In this document: positions 47,401-56,815 of the stretch, piece by piece
How the letters are laid out: every line of letters starts with the position of its first letter
Position numbering within the stretch: the stretch's first letter is position 1
DNA from: Lachnospira sp. UBA3212
GTDB taxonomy: Bacteria > Bacillota > Clostridia > Lachnospirales > Lachnospiraceae
Length of the DNA stretch: 64,000 bases
Assembly: GCA_002363615.1 (NCBI GenBank)
Contig: DEWK01000019.1
Coordinates: 10,745-74,744 of the forward strand
Direction of reading: 5' to 3'
The notes under the pieces: model-generated
What the model was told of the DNA's origin: nothing
What the model saw: the letters and a program-made list of their open reading frames with translations, nothing else
The model's database searches: none
Translations under genes and position numbers: made by a program

Positions 47401-48786
47401 ATGAAAACAAGTATTTATAGAGAACAATTTAAACGCTTGCTGCTGTTTTGTTTTGCAGCCTTGATTATAGTAGCGGAAGCCTATATCTACTATAGGACCT
47501 GGGTGGACTATTACAACGAAGGAATGACAAGACCCCTGGTATTTAGAGGATATTTGGTAATTATCTTGGTTTATGTCATCCTTTTGGTGGCTCTTTCTAA
47601 TGTTTACGGGGCCTTTAAACTAGGGTCTCACAGGGTAACAGATATCTTATTTTCTCAGGCCCTGTCTTTGGTGATCGTAAATTTTGTATCTTATTTGCAA
47701 ATTTCCCTTTTACATGTATCCCTGGTGAATCCGGGACCTTTATTGGTTGCAACCTTGATGGAATTTTGCTGTATTGTGATTTGGGCGACGATGGAGCAGT
47801 TTGTTTATGCAGTGCTTTTCCCACCACATAGGACGCTGATGGTCTATAGTGATCACGACCCAGACCGTCTGTTTAAGAAAATGACCAAACGTAGGGACCG
47901 CTATAATATTTGCGGATCAATCCACGTAAACGAGGGAATTCGTACCATTATGAAAGAGATACGATCCGGAAAGTACGAAGCGGTAATTTTGGCGGACATT
48001 CCGGGAAGTATCCGTAACGACATTATAAAAAATTGTTTTTATTACAATATTCGTGTTTATATGACCCCAAAGATTTCCGATGTTATTATCTCTGGTGGAG
48101 ATACCATGCATATGTTTGATACCCCACTGGTGTTAATGCGAAACAGGGGACTTTCCTTTGAGCAAAAGATAGTAAAACGTTTGATTGATCTTGTGGTTTC
48201 CTTATTGGTACTGATTATCTTTCTGCCATTTTTCCTTATTATTGCTCTTTGTATCAAATTATACGATGGAGGACCAATCTTCTATACCCAGAGACGTTTG
48301 ACCAAGGATGGTAAGGTATTTAAAATCCTGAAATTCAGAAGTATGAAGATGGATTCGGAAAAGAAAGGGGCAAGACTTGCCGCTAAGAATGATGATCGAA
48401 TCACACCGATTGGTCATATTATTCGAAATATCCATGTGGATGAACTTCCACAGTTGCTTAATATTTTAAAGGGTGACATGTCCTTTGTAGGACCTCGTCC
48501 GGAACGACCAGAGATTGCAAAGCAGTATTTGGAAACAATCCCAGAGTTTAATTTCCGTTTAAAGGTGAAGGCCGGATTAACCGGATATGCCCAAATCTAT
48601 GGCAAGTACAATACCACCCCATATGATAAGTTAAAGTTAGACCTTTACTATATTGAGAATTATTCGGTGCTCTTAGACCTTCGTTTGATTTTAATGACCG
48701 TTAAGATTTTGTTTATCAAGGAAAATTCGGAAGGAGTAGATCAGACGCAGACCACGGCCTTAACCGAAAGGAAAGAGAAGAAGTAG
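47401..48786 (+). CDS. Polyprenyl glycosylphosphotransferase (WbaP/CpsE-type initiating sugar transferase)
   Basis: 4-5 N-terminal TM helices and a central Rossmann-like domain. The C-terminal bacterial sugar-transferase core has KRLIDLVVS, FKILKFRSM, DELPQLLNILKGDMSFVGPRPERP. The ATG at 47401 avoids overlap with ridA and its terminator. Confidence 0.9.
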   Translation: MKTSIYREQFKRLLLFCFAALIIVAEAYIYYRTWVDYYNEGMTRPLVFRGYLVIILVYVILLVALSNVYGAFKLGSHRVTDILFSQALSLVIVNFVSYLQISLLHVSLVNPGPLLVATLMEFCCIVIWATMEQFVYAVLFPPHRTLMVYSDHDPDRLFKKMTKRRDRYNICGSIHVNEGIRTIMKEIRSGKYEAVILADIPGSIRNDIIKNCFYYNIRVYMTPKISDVIISGGDTMHMFDTPLVLMRNRGLSFEQKIVKRLIDLVVSLLVLIIFLPFFLIIALCIKLYDGGPIFYTQRRLTKDGKVFKILKFRSMKMDSEKKGARLAAKNDDRITPIGHIIRNIHVDELPQLLNILKGDMSFVGPRPERPEIAKQYLETIPEFNFRLKVKAGLTGYAQIYGKYNTTPYDKLKLDLYYIENYSVLLDLRLILMTVKILFIKENSEGVDQTQTTALTERKEKK

Positions 48787-48800
48787 GAAGGGAGACGGTC

Positions 48801-49622
48801 ATGCCTAATTATTCGGTATTGATGTCGGTTTATAAAAAAGAAGATCCCATTTTTTTAAAGCAGGCCATGGATAGCATGTTTGCCCAGACCTTAGTGACCG
48901 ATGATTTTGTCTTGGTTTGCGATGGCCCATTAACAGAAAAATTAGATCAGGTGATTAGGGAAGAGGAAGAGGCACACGCAGGTGTGCTTGAGGTCCTAAG
49001 AAGAGAAAAGAATGAGGGACTTGGGCCGGCCTTAAATGCCGGGCTTTCCCTTTGCAAGAATGATTATGTAGCCAGAATGGACAGTGACGATTTGGCAGAT
49101 CCAAAAAGATGTCAGGAAGAACTGGATCGCATGGAAAAAGAGGGACTTGATCTGGTAGGATCATTTGTGAATGAATTTGAAAAAGATCCAAAACTTGTAA
49201 AATCCTTGCGACAGCCACCGGTAAGCCACGAGGAAATCATGGCATTTGCAAAGAAGAGAAATCCTTTTAATCACCCTTCCGTTATGTTTTCTAAGAAAGC
49301 GGTGGAAGCGGCAGGAGGATATCAGGATATGCCCCTCTTTGAGGATTATTACCTTTGGGTTCGTATGCTGATGCAGGGAAGTAAGGGGGCCAATATTAAC
49401 AGGCCGCTTCTTTCTATGCGAGTTGGAGAGGGGGATGAATTGGTGAAACGAAGAGGGGGATGGTCCTATGCTAAGTGTATTTTGCACTTTCGTAAGACCA
49501 TTTATCAGATGGGATTTACCAAAAGAAAGGACTATCTTATGTCCACCCTGCCACATGTGGTGGTGGCTCTTATGCCAAATCGCTTGAGAAGTTTTGTGTA
49601 CCGTAAATTCTTACGTAAGTAG
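48801..49622 (+). CDS. Glycosyltransferase family 2
   Basis: YSVLMSVYKKEDPIFL and ARMDSDDL (DxD) are present. 273 aa. Confidence 0.8.
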   Translation: MPNYSVLMSVYKKEDPIFLKQAMDSMFAQTLVTDDFVLVCDGPLTEKLDQVIREEEEAHAGVLEVLRREKNEGLGPALNAGLSLCKNDYVARMDSDDLADPKRCQEELDRMEKEGLDLVGSFVNEFEKDPKLVKSLRQPPVSHEEIMAFAKKRNPFNHPSVMFSKKAVEAAGGYQDMPLFEDYYLWVRMLMQGSKGANINRPLLSMRVGEGDELVKRRGGWSYAKCILHFRKTIYQMGFTKRKDYLMSTLPHVVVALMPNRLRSFVYRKFLRK

Positions 49623-49630
49623 GAGGACTT

Positions 49631-50791
49631 ATGAAGGAACTAATTAAAAAGCTTTGTGTGGTCTTGACCTTGCTAAACAAGGTGGTTCCCAAAAAGAAAA
49701 ATCAGATCTTCTTTTATTCTAATTTGGGATTTCGAGATAATGTGGAAGCGATGTTTCGATATTGCATTCAAGAGGGTTACCAGGAAAAGTTTACCATTGT
49801 GTGTGCCACCAATGACCACGAGAAACTAAGGACCCTAAAGGAGGAAAATCCGGAAAGGTATAAGAATGTGCAAGTACGGACCACTAAGGGCGGGGTTTTT
49901 GCTTTTTTAAGATCTGCCTATGCCTTTTATTGCTTTGGCAAGTATCCCATTAAACCGGCAAAAAATCAGATGGTCTTTAATTTATGGCATGGGATGCCTT
50001 TAAAGCGTATTGGCAATATGATTCCGGAAACTGCAAACATCGATTATGAATACTTTAGTCATTTGCTGGCAACTTCGGAGTTTTATGGAGAGATCATGCA
50101 AAAATGTTTTCACTGTGACAGGAGAAAGATTGTGATTGCAGGCCAGCCTAGAAATGATGATTTATTTCAAGAGCCGGACCAAAGACTTTTAGAGGAAGCA
50201 AAGGGATACGATTATGTGATTGCCTTCCTCCCTACCTATCGCAATGATAAGCTTTATGGGGATGAGAGAGATGATTTCCCAATTCCTTTTTTAAATCCCA
50301 AGGAGGCAGAGGAGCTAAACGACTACCTGAAGGAAGTAAATGGAAAGATTTTCCTGAAACTTCATCCGCTTCAAGCCTATGGCAGCCTGCCAAAGTATTC
50401 CAACATTGAAGTTTTTGATGAGGAAGAATTGCAGAAACGGTTTGGTTCCCTTTATCGGATGCTAACGATTACTCATGCACTGATCACCGATTATTCTTCC
50501 ATTTATTTTGACTATTTGTTACTGGATCGACCAATGGCATTTGCCATTAAGGATATACGAAACTACGAACAGGCCAGAGGCTTTGTTTTTGAACGGCCAT
50601 TAGATTATATGCCGGGTCAGAGGGTAAGGAATTATCAGGAATTGAAAGGCTTTTTACAGGATTTAGTAGAAGGCAGGGATCCTTACCTGGGAGAAAGACA
50701 TCGGGTGAATGATTTTGTAAATTACTATAAGGATGGAAAAAGCAGTGAAAGAATTGCTAAAAGATATTTACCGGACCCTAAGTCCTTATGA
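49631..50791 (+). CDS. CDP-glycerol glycerophosphotransferase family protein (TagB/TagF-like, short form)
   Basis: Motifs NLWHGMPLKRIG, LPTYRN and ITDYSSIYFDYLLLDRPMAF are present. Confidence 0.8.
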   Translation: MKELIKKLCVVLTLLNKVVPKKKNQIFFYSNLGFRDNVEAMFRYCIQEGYQEKFTIVCATNDHEKLRTLKEENPERYKNVQVRTTKGGVFAFLRSAYAFYCFGKYPIKPAKNQMVFNLWHGMPLKRIGNMIPETANIDYEYFSHLLATSEFYGEIMQKCFHCDRRKIVIAGQPRNDDLFQEPDQRLLEEAKGYDYVIAFLPTYRNDKLYGDERDDFPIPFLNPKEAEELNDYLKEVNGKIFLKLHPLQAYGSLPKYSNIEVFDEEELQKRFGSLYRMLTITHALITDYSSIYFDYLLLDRPMAFAIKDIRNYEQARGFVFERPLDYMPGQRVRNYQELKGFLQDLVEGRDPYLGERHRVNDFVNYYKDGKSSERIAKRYLPDPKSL

Positions 50792-53195
50792 GGTCTGGAA
50801 AAATGATTCGAAAATAGAAGAGAAAACAATCTTATATGAGTCTTTCTTTGGACGAAATATTTCTTGTGGACCCCTGGCAATATTTGCTGCTCTATTAAAG
50901 CGACCAGAGGGGATGGACTACCATCATGTCTTTGTGATTTCAAAGGATGGAAATGCCAGAGATGCCAAGAACCGGATTCTTATGCTATACCCGGAATCCG
51001 CTAGATTTAACATGTCATTTGTATCCTATAAGTCCAAGGAGTATTATGATGCCTTGGCCCATGCCAAGTACTTAATTAATAATTCCACCTTTCCGGAAAG
51101 TTTTATAAAAAAACCGGGGCAGGTTTATCTTAATACCTGGCATGGGATTCCTTTAAAACATATGGGCTATGATATGCCGGATGGACCGGTGGGAGCGGCT
51201 AATACCGTAAGAAATTTCCTTCAGGCAGATTATCTTTTGTCCCCTTGTGAGCATCATAGTCAGATGTATCAAAAGGCTTATCGCATGAAGGGACTTTATG
51301 ATGGAAAAATACTTGAGTGCGGTCAGGCTAGAAGTGACTTGCTTTTCTACAAAGAAAAAAAGGCGGTGATTGCCCAGTTGGTGGACAATGGGGTTGTCAT
51401 TGATGCAAAGAAAAAATTAGTATTGTATGCTCCAACCTGGAAGGGAACAAATTTTTCAAATCCCAGTGATGACAGGATACAGTATCAGGAAATTCACGAT
51501 CGATTAGAAAAGGAATTGGGAAATGACTATGAAGTCCTGGTAAAACCTCATCAGGCGGTGTACGAACAGATTAAAAAAACTGGTGGTCGAATGGACTATT
51601 TGGTGCCATCAAGTATTGATGCCAACCTACTTTTATCTATTACAGACCTTTTGATTTCCGATTATTCTTCCATTTTCTTTGACTTTCTTGTAACAGGAAA
51701 ACCGGTTCTGTTTTATATTCCAGACCTTAAGGAATATCAGGAAAACCGAGGACTTTACCTGCCGGTAGATAAGCTTCCGGGACCAGCCACAGACAAACCG
51801 GAAGACTTGGTGTCTTGGATTTTAAATCTAGATGAAACGAAGGAAAAATGGAAGGATGCCTATGAAGAGATGAAGGCTTGGGCCTGTCCGTATGATGATG
51901 GACAGGTATCCAATCGAATCATTGATAAAATCTTCTATGAGCGAGGCTTAAGCAAGGGAAAAGTGATTGAAAAGGACCACCAAAAAGAACGTCTTCTTTT
52001 CTTTTTAGGAGGACTGCGGGGACATGGAATTACGTCTTCTATGCTGGGACTTTTAAAGCAGTTGAAGTTAGAAGACTTTTATAACAAGCACGATGTGTCC
52101 CTTTATATTTATCCACCGGCAGATGAGAGCGAGTGGGAACGATTGGGACAGATACCAAAAGAGGTAAGAGTTATCTGCCATACCAAGGCACCGCTTGGGT
52201 CGGCTAAGGCCACCGCTGAATTCCTAGTGGGGAAAAAAGAAAGAACTTTAAAGAAGGTAGGCCAAAAGCAGGCCAAGAGAATGTTTGGGAACAGTAGTTT
52301 TGATCAGGTGGTTGATTTTGTTGGATATTCTCCGCTTTTTTCTGCCATAGGAGCCTTTATGCCGGCAAAGGACCGTTATATCTGGCTTCACAACGATATG
52401 ATTGCGGATAAGAACAGAGAAGTAAATGGGAAAAAGGTGAATGAAAAAAGATTAGACCGAGTCTTTTTAACCTATCCATATTTTGATCGATTAGTTTCCT
52501 GCTCCCATACGGTTTCCCAGGTAAATGCCGATCAGCTTGCAAAACCAATGGGAATCGCTAAGGAACGCTTTGTAGGCTTATCGAACATGGTAAACCTGGA
52601 AAGAATCAGGGAGGACCTAAAGGACTATGACCCGAAAGAGGGAGTGGAAGTAGAAGACCTGGTGACACAAAAGACCTACCGGGTAGCAGGGGAAAAAGAA
52701 TCCTTTGCCACCATGGGAAGACTTTCCACCGAAAAGAATCACCGGACTCTCTATCAGGCATTTGCCAGGTATAAGAGTCAGGGAGGTCTGGGAAAACTCT
52801 ATGTGTTAGGAGATGGTCCTTTAAGGGAAGAGGAAATCCAAAAGGTCAAAGACCTTTCCATGGAAGGAGAAATTATTCTATGTGGAAATCTGGCTCATCC
52901 TTTCCCGTTGTTAAAGGGAGTCGGTAGCTTTGTCCTGCCTTCCCTTCACGAGGGACAACCAATGGTGGTTTTAGAAGCCAGAGTTCTTGGAATGAAAATC
53001 ATTCTTTCGAATTTTAAAACGGTTACAGATGTTTTGGAAAAGAAGGGACAGATTCTGGTAAATACCGATGAGGAGTCGATCTATCAGGGATTGTTAGAAA
53101 GTCAAAAAGAAGAATTTCAGGCACAGGCCTTTGATGGAGAGAAGTACAACCATCAGGTATATCAGGAATTCTTAAGAATTTTTCATTTTGAATAA
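50733..53195 (+). CDS. Bifunctional TagF-like glycerophosphotransferase / GT4 glycosyltransferase fusion
   Basis: The N-terminal half has ILYESFFGRNISCGP, NTWHGIPLKHMG, APTWKG and ISDYSSIFFDFLVTGKPVLFY. The C-terminal half is GT4-like (GRLSTEKN, LGDGPLREE and PSLHEGQPMVVLEA). The ATG at 50733 overlaps the upstream gene by 59 nt, so the start is uncertain. Confidence 0.75.
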   Translation: MEKAVKELLKDIYRTLSPYEVWKNDSKIEEKTILYESFFGRNISCGPLAIFAALLKRPEGMDYHHVFVISKDGNARDAKNRILMLYPESARFNMSFVSYKSKEYYDALAHAKYLINNSTFPESFIKKPGQVYLNTWHGIPLKHMGYDMPDGPVGAANTVRNFLQADYLLSPCEHHSQMYQKAYRMKGLYDGKILECGQARSDLLFYKEKKAVIAQLVDNGVVIDAKKKLVLYAPTWKGTNFSNPSDDRIQYQEIHDRLEKELGNDYEVLVKPHQAVYEQIKKTGGRMDYLVPSSIDANLLLSITDLLISDYSSIFFDFLVTGKPVLFYIPDLKEYQENRGLYLPVDKLPGPATDKPEDLVSWILNLDETKEKWKDAYEEMKAWACPYDDGQVSNRIIDKIFYERGLSKGKVIEKDHQKERLLFFLGGLRGHGITSSMLGLLKQLKLEDFYNKHDVSLYIYPPADESEWERLGQIPKEVRVICHTKAPLGSAKATAEFLVGKKERTLKKVGQKQAKRMFGNSSFDQVVDFVGYSPLFSAIGAFMPAKDRYIWLHNDMIADKNREVNGKKVNEKRLDRVFLTYPYFDRLVSCSHTVSQVNADQLAKPMGIAKERFVGLSNMVNLERIREDLKDYDPKEGVEVEDLVTQKTYRVAGEKESFATMGRLSTEKNHRTLYQAFARYKSQGGLGKLYVLGDGPLREEEIQKVKDLSMEGEIILCGNLAHPFPLLKGVGSFVLPSLHEGQPMVVLEARVLGMKIILSNFKTVTDVLEKKGQILVNTDEESIYQGLLESQKEEFQAQAFDGEKYNHQVYQEFLRIFHFE

Positions 53196-53205
53196 AGGAG
53201 AATTT

Positions 53206-53610
53206 ATGAGACGAGTTATAACATATGGAACCTTTGACTTGCTACACTATGGTCATATTAATCTTTTAAAGAGAGCGAAAGCCTTAGGAGATTATTTGAT
53301 TGTGGCACTTTCTACAGATGAATTTAATCTTAAGGAAAAAGATAAGGTTTGTTATTTTTCATATGAAAAAAGAAAGCAATTGTTAGAAGCTATTCGCTAT
53401 GTGGATCTGGTAATCCCAGAGGAAAATTGGGAACAGAAGTCCAGTGATGTAAAAGAATACCATGTGGATACGTTTGTTATTGGAGATGACTGGGAAGGAA
53501 AGTTTGATTTTTTAAAGGAATACTGCGACGTGGTATACCTGCCAAGAACCCCTGAGATTTCTACCACACAGATCAAGGAAGAACTAAATAAGAAAGAGTT
53601 AAATTCATGA
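53206..53610 (+). CDS. tagD: Glycerol-3-phosphate cytidylyltransferase
   Basis: MRRVITYGTFDLLHYGHINLLKRAK (HxGH) and the RTPEISTT motif are present. An AAAGGAG RBS lies upstream. Confidence 0.95.
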   Translation: MRRVITYGTFDLLHYGHINLLKRAKALGDYLIVALSTDEFNLKEKDKVCYFSYEKRKQLLEAIRYVDLVIPEENWEQKSSDVKEYHVDTFVIGDDWEGKFDFLKEYCDVVYLPRTPEISTTQIKEELNKKELNS

Positions 53611-55208
53611 AAGCAACCTTAAGTAAGCTTACCTTCCAAGGAAGTAAGATGAAGGTAGGGCTAAAAATCTCAGAATATCAGGAAAAGCTAGAGGACCTTT
53701 CTGTTAGTCTTACCTATCGAAGCAAATTAGAAGAAAGAAAGACCAACCATCTTTTTCAGGGAAAATGGAAGGGAGATTGTTTTTTAGGAAGCTTAGATCT
53801 TTCGGAGCAATCCCTTGTATCGATTTATTATGATTTATTGGTCATCGACCCTAAGGGAGAAGAGGTTTTGGTTCAGGTTGGTCCCTTAAGAAATCTTTTG
53901 CGTAATCCTCTTTATGATGGAAAGTATATGGAAAAGAAAGAGGGCAAGAAGAACGGAATGTTTCTTCATCCCTTTATTACACCGGAAAAAACCTTGGCTT
54001 TTCAGTATCGGGAAAGAACCAAGGCGGATACCAGGGGCTTTCGAATAGGGGAATTCTTTGTCTGCCTGATTTATTTTCTTACTTCCTGGTACTATAAGAA
54101 GCAAAATATTTATTTGATTTATGAGAAGTTTTGTATGATGGCCCAAGATAATTCCTATTACTTCTTCCGTTATTGTATGGAGGCAGATGTAGAAAAAAAA
54201 CTTCAGGGACGAATCTATTACATTATCGATAAAAATTCTCCGGATCTGGAAAAACTGATGCCATATAAGGATCATTTGATTTATTTTATGAGTTTTCGGC
54301 ATAAGCTCTATCTTTTGGCCTGTAAATTAATGGTGAGTACAGACACCAGAAAACATGCCTATGCATGGAGAAAGAGAATGAGCTTTATTGATCATTTTCT
54401 AAGACATAAACCCTTGGTCTTCTTACAGCATGGGGTAACCGCTTTTAAAAAGGTGGATTATATTTACGGGAAAGGAAAGTTTGGGGAGTGCAATATTTTT
54501 GTGACTACCTCGGACTATGAAAAGGAAATTGTTCGAAAGAATTTTGGTTACCAGGAACATGAGATTGCAGTAACCGGATTTGCCCGTTGGGATGTTTTAG
54601 AGGACTGTTCCCAAAAGGAAAAGGATCGGATGATTTTGATTATGCCTACCTGGAGAAATTGGCTGGAAGAGGTGGATGAAGAGACCTTTAAGGAAAGCGA
54701 TTACTATAAGGAATATTATGCCTTATTGAATTCTGTAGAATTAAAGGAAAGTCTGGAGAGAGAAGATTTAAAACTTTGCTTTTATATTCATCCAAAGTTT
54801 CGAGATTATATCGCAGAGTTTCACACAGAGGATGACCGAATTGAGATTATTCCGTTTGGAAGTCAGCCTTTAAATGAGATTATGATGCGGTGTAGACTTT
54901 TGGTTACGGATTATTCCTCTGTGGCCTGGGATGTTTACTATCAGAAAAAGCCGGTTATTTTTTATCAATTTGATTTGGCTAAATATGAGGAAGCCCATGG
55001 GTCCTATATGGATATGAGCAAGGAATTGTTTGGCCCCCAGGTCAAGTCTTCTTCAGATTTAATAAAGAAATTAGAGGAATTTGCCAGAAAGGATTTTGCC
55101 CTGGACCAGGCTTACTTAGATCAGCACTCGTATTATTTTAAGTATGTGGATCATGACAATTCTAAGAGAATTGTGGAGGCAATAGCGGATTATAGAAAAA
55201 TCCAATAG
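53607..55208 (+). CDS. TagF-family glycerophosphotransferase paralogue (FLQHGV subtype) with an N-terminal beta-rich domain
   Basis: LVFLQHGVTAFKKVD, MPTWRNW and VTDYSSVAWDVYYQKKPVIFYQFD are present. An ATGA overlap joins it to tagD. Confidence 0.75.
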   Translation: MKATLSKLTFQGSKMKVGLKISEYQEKLEDLSVSLTYRSKLEERKTNHLFQGKWKGDCFLGSLDLSEQSLVSIYYDLLVIDPKGEEVLVQVGPLRNLLRNPLYDGKYMEKKEGKKNGMFLHPFITPEKTLAFQYRERTKADTRGFRIGEFFVCLIYFLTSWYYKKQNIYLIYEKFCMMAQDNSYYFFRYCMEADVEKKLQGRIYYIIDKNSPDLEKLMPYKDHLIYFMSFRHKLYLLACKLMVSTDTRKHAYAWRKRMSFIDHFLRHKPLVFLQHGVTAFKKVDYIYGKGKFGECNIFVTTSDYEKEIVRKNFGYQEHEIAVTGFARWDVLEDCSQKEKDRMILIMPTWRNWLEEVDEETFKESDYYKEYYALLNSVELKESLEREDLKLCFYIHPKFRDYIAEFHTEDDRIEIIPFGSQPLNEIMMRCRLLVTDYSSVAWDVYYQKKPVIFYQFDLAKYEEAHGSYMDMSKELFGPQVKSSSDLIKKLEEFARKDFALDQAYLDQHSYYFKYVDHDNSKRIVEAIADYRKIQ

Positions 55209-55222
55209 ATAAAGGAAAAGTG

Positions 55223-56815
55223 ATGGAAGAAGGAAATTATAAATTAAGTAAAATCAAATTTCATGGAAAGAAGGTCTACTTAAGCATTCAGGGGGATTTT
55301 GTGCTGGAAGACTATTGTACCATGGCCTATCGGGATCCTTTAAAAAAAGAGACCAAACAGTTTGATTTTGCGACCAGTAAAAATACAGGGAATCGAATGA
55401 CTGTGGTGATGGATTTTGACCAGGTTCCCCTAAAGCCCCTATATTATGATTTTTGGGTAGTAAAAAAAGATGGGAAAAAGATTCCGATAAAAGCGGGACG
55501 GTTGGCAAAACTTTTACATAATCCTTTTTATCAGGATGGATTCAGGCAGGGGGATATGATCCTTTACCCTTATATTCATCAGGGAATCATAAGCTTTTGC
55601 TACCGCAAGGAGCAGGAGTGGGATAAGACAAGCTTTCGTCTGAAAGAATTGCTTGCCCTTTTCTTATATCAGTTTCTAAAGAAAAAATTAGAAAAGCAAA
55701 AGAGTATTCTTTTTTATGAGAAGTATTGCTATGGGGCTCAGGATAATGCCTACTATGCGTTTTTGTATGCGATGGAACATCCGGAAGTCATGGAGGGAAA
55801 GACCATTTATTATGTAATTGATCCCAAGTCTCCGGATTACAAGGCGGTAAAAAGATATCGTTCCCATGTGATTCCTTTTATGTCCTTAAAGCATATGCTT
55901 TCCCTTCTTTCCTGCAAACTTTTGGTAAGTACGGATACCAAGGCCCATGCTTATTGTTATCGCAAGCGTCACTCATACCTTCAGGGACGCTTCAAAAAGA
56001 AACCGCTGGTTTTTTTACAGCATGGAGTCATTTCCTTAAAGGATGTAAGGGTTGCCTATGCGAAAGAACCAAACCATCCATGTGATCTTTTTATTGTATC
56101 TACCAGACCGGAAAAGGAGATTATAGAAAGAGACTATGGGTATTTGCCTGAAGAGGTAGCCTTAACGGGACTGGCTCGTTGGGATGCTATCGAAGATAAG
56201 TCCAAGGGAAGAAATCAGATTTTATTTATGCCTACCTGGCGAAATTATCTGGATGAAATCAGCCGGGAAGAGTTTGTAAAAAGCAAGTATTATAAAAGTC
56301 TTGTAGGGGTTCTTCAGGATGAGACCTTGGGAAATGTTCTTAGGAACCATGAAGCCAATTTGGTTTTTTATGTCCATAGTAAGTTCAGACAGTATATGGA
56401 CTTGTTTGCAGATCACATGAATAATGAAAATTTAGATGTGATTAGCGTGAGTGCCTTTGAAAAGAAACCCTTAAATGAACTGTTGATGGAAAGTAGTATG
56501 CTAATGACCGATTATTCCTCAACTTCCTATGACATGTTTTATATGGGAAAACCGGTGGTCTTTTATCAATTTGACCGAGAGGATTACCAAAAAGCCCATG
56601 GAAGTCATATTGACTTAAAAAAGGATTTATTTGGACCAAGTGGAGAAAAGAAGGAAGAGATTCCGGGAATCTTGGCGGAAATCCTAGATCGAAACTTTGT
56701 ATTAAGTGACAAAGAAAAACGGGAAAGGGAAAAACTCTTTCCTAAGGTGGATCGGGAAAATAGCAAGCGAATTTGGCAGGCAATGGAGGAAAGGATTTTT
56801 AAGACATGGAATTAA
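55223..56815 (+). CDS. TagF-family glycerophosphotransferase paralogue (FLQHGV subtype)
   Basis: LVFLQHGVISLKDV, MPTWRNY and MTDYSSTSYDMFYMGKPVVFYQFD are present. The start is the ATG at 55223 or the GTG at 55220. Confidence 0.75.
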   Translation: MEEGNYKLSKIKFHGKKVYLSIQGDFVLEDYCTMAYRDPLKKETKQFDFATSKNTGNRMTVVMDFDQVPLKPLYYDFWVVKKDGKKIPIKAGRLAKLLHNPFYQDGFRQGDMILYPYIHQGIISFCYRKEQEWDKTSFRLKELLALFLYQFLKKKLEKQKSILFYEKYCYGAQDNAYYAFLYAMEHPEVMEGKTIYYVIDPKSPDYKAVKRYRSHVIPFMSLKHMLSLLSCKLLVSTDTKAHAYCYRKRHSYLQGRFKKKPLVFLQHGVISLKDVRVAYAKEPNHPCDLFIVSTRPEKEIIERDYGYLPEEVALTGLARWDAIEDKSKGRNQILFMPTWRNYLDEISREEFVKSKYYKSLVGVLQDETLGNVLRNHEANLVFYVHSKFRQYMDLFADHMNNENLDVISVSAFEKKPLNELLMESSMLMTDYSSTSYDMFYMGKPVVFYQFDREDYQKAHGSHIDLKKDLFGPSGEKKEEIPGILAEILDRNFVLSDKEKREREKLFPKVDRENSKRIWQAMEERIFKTWN

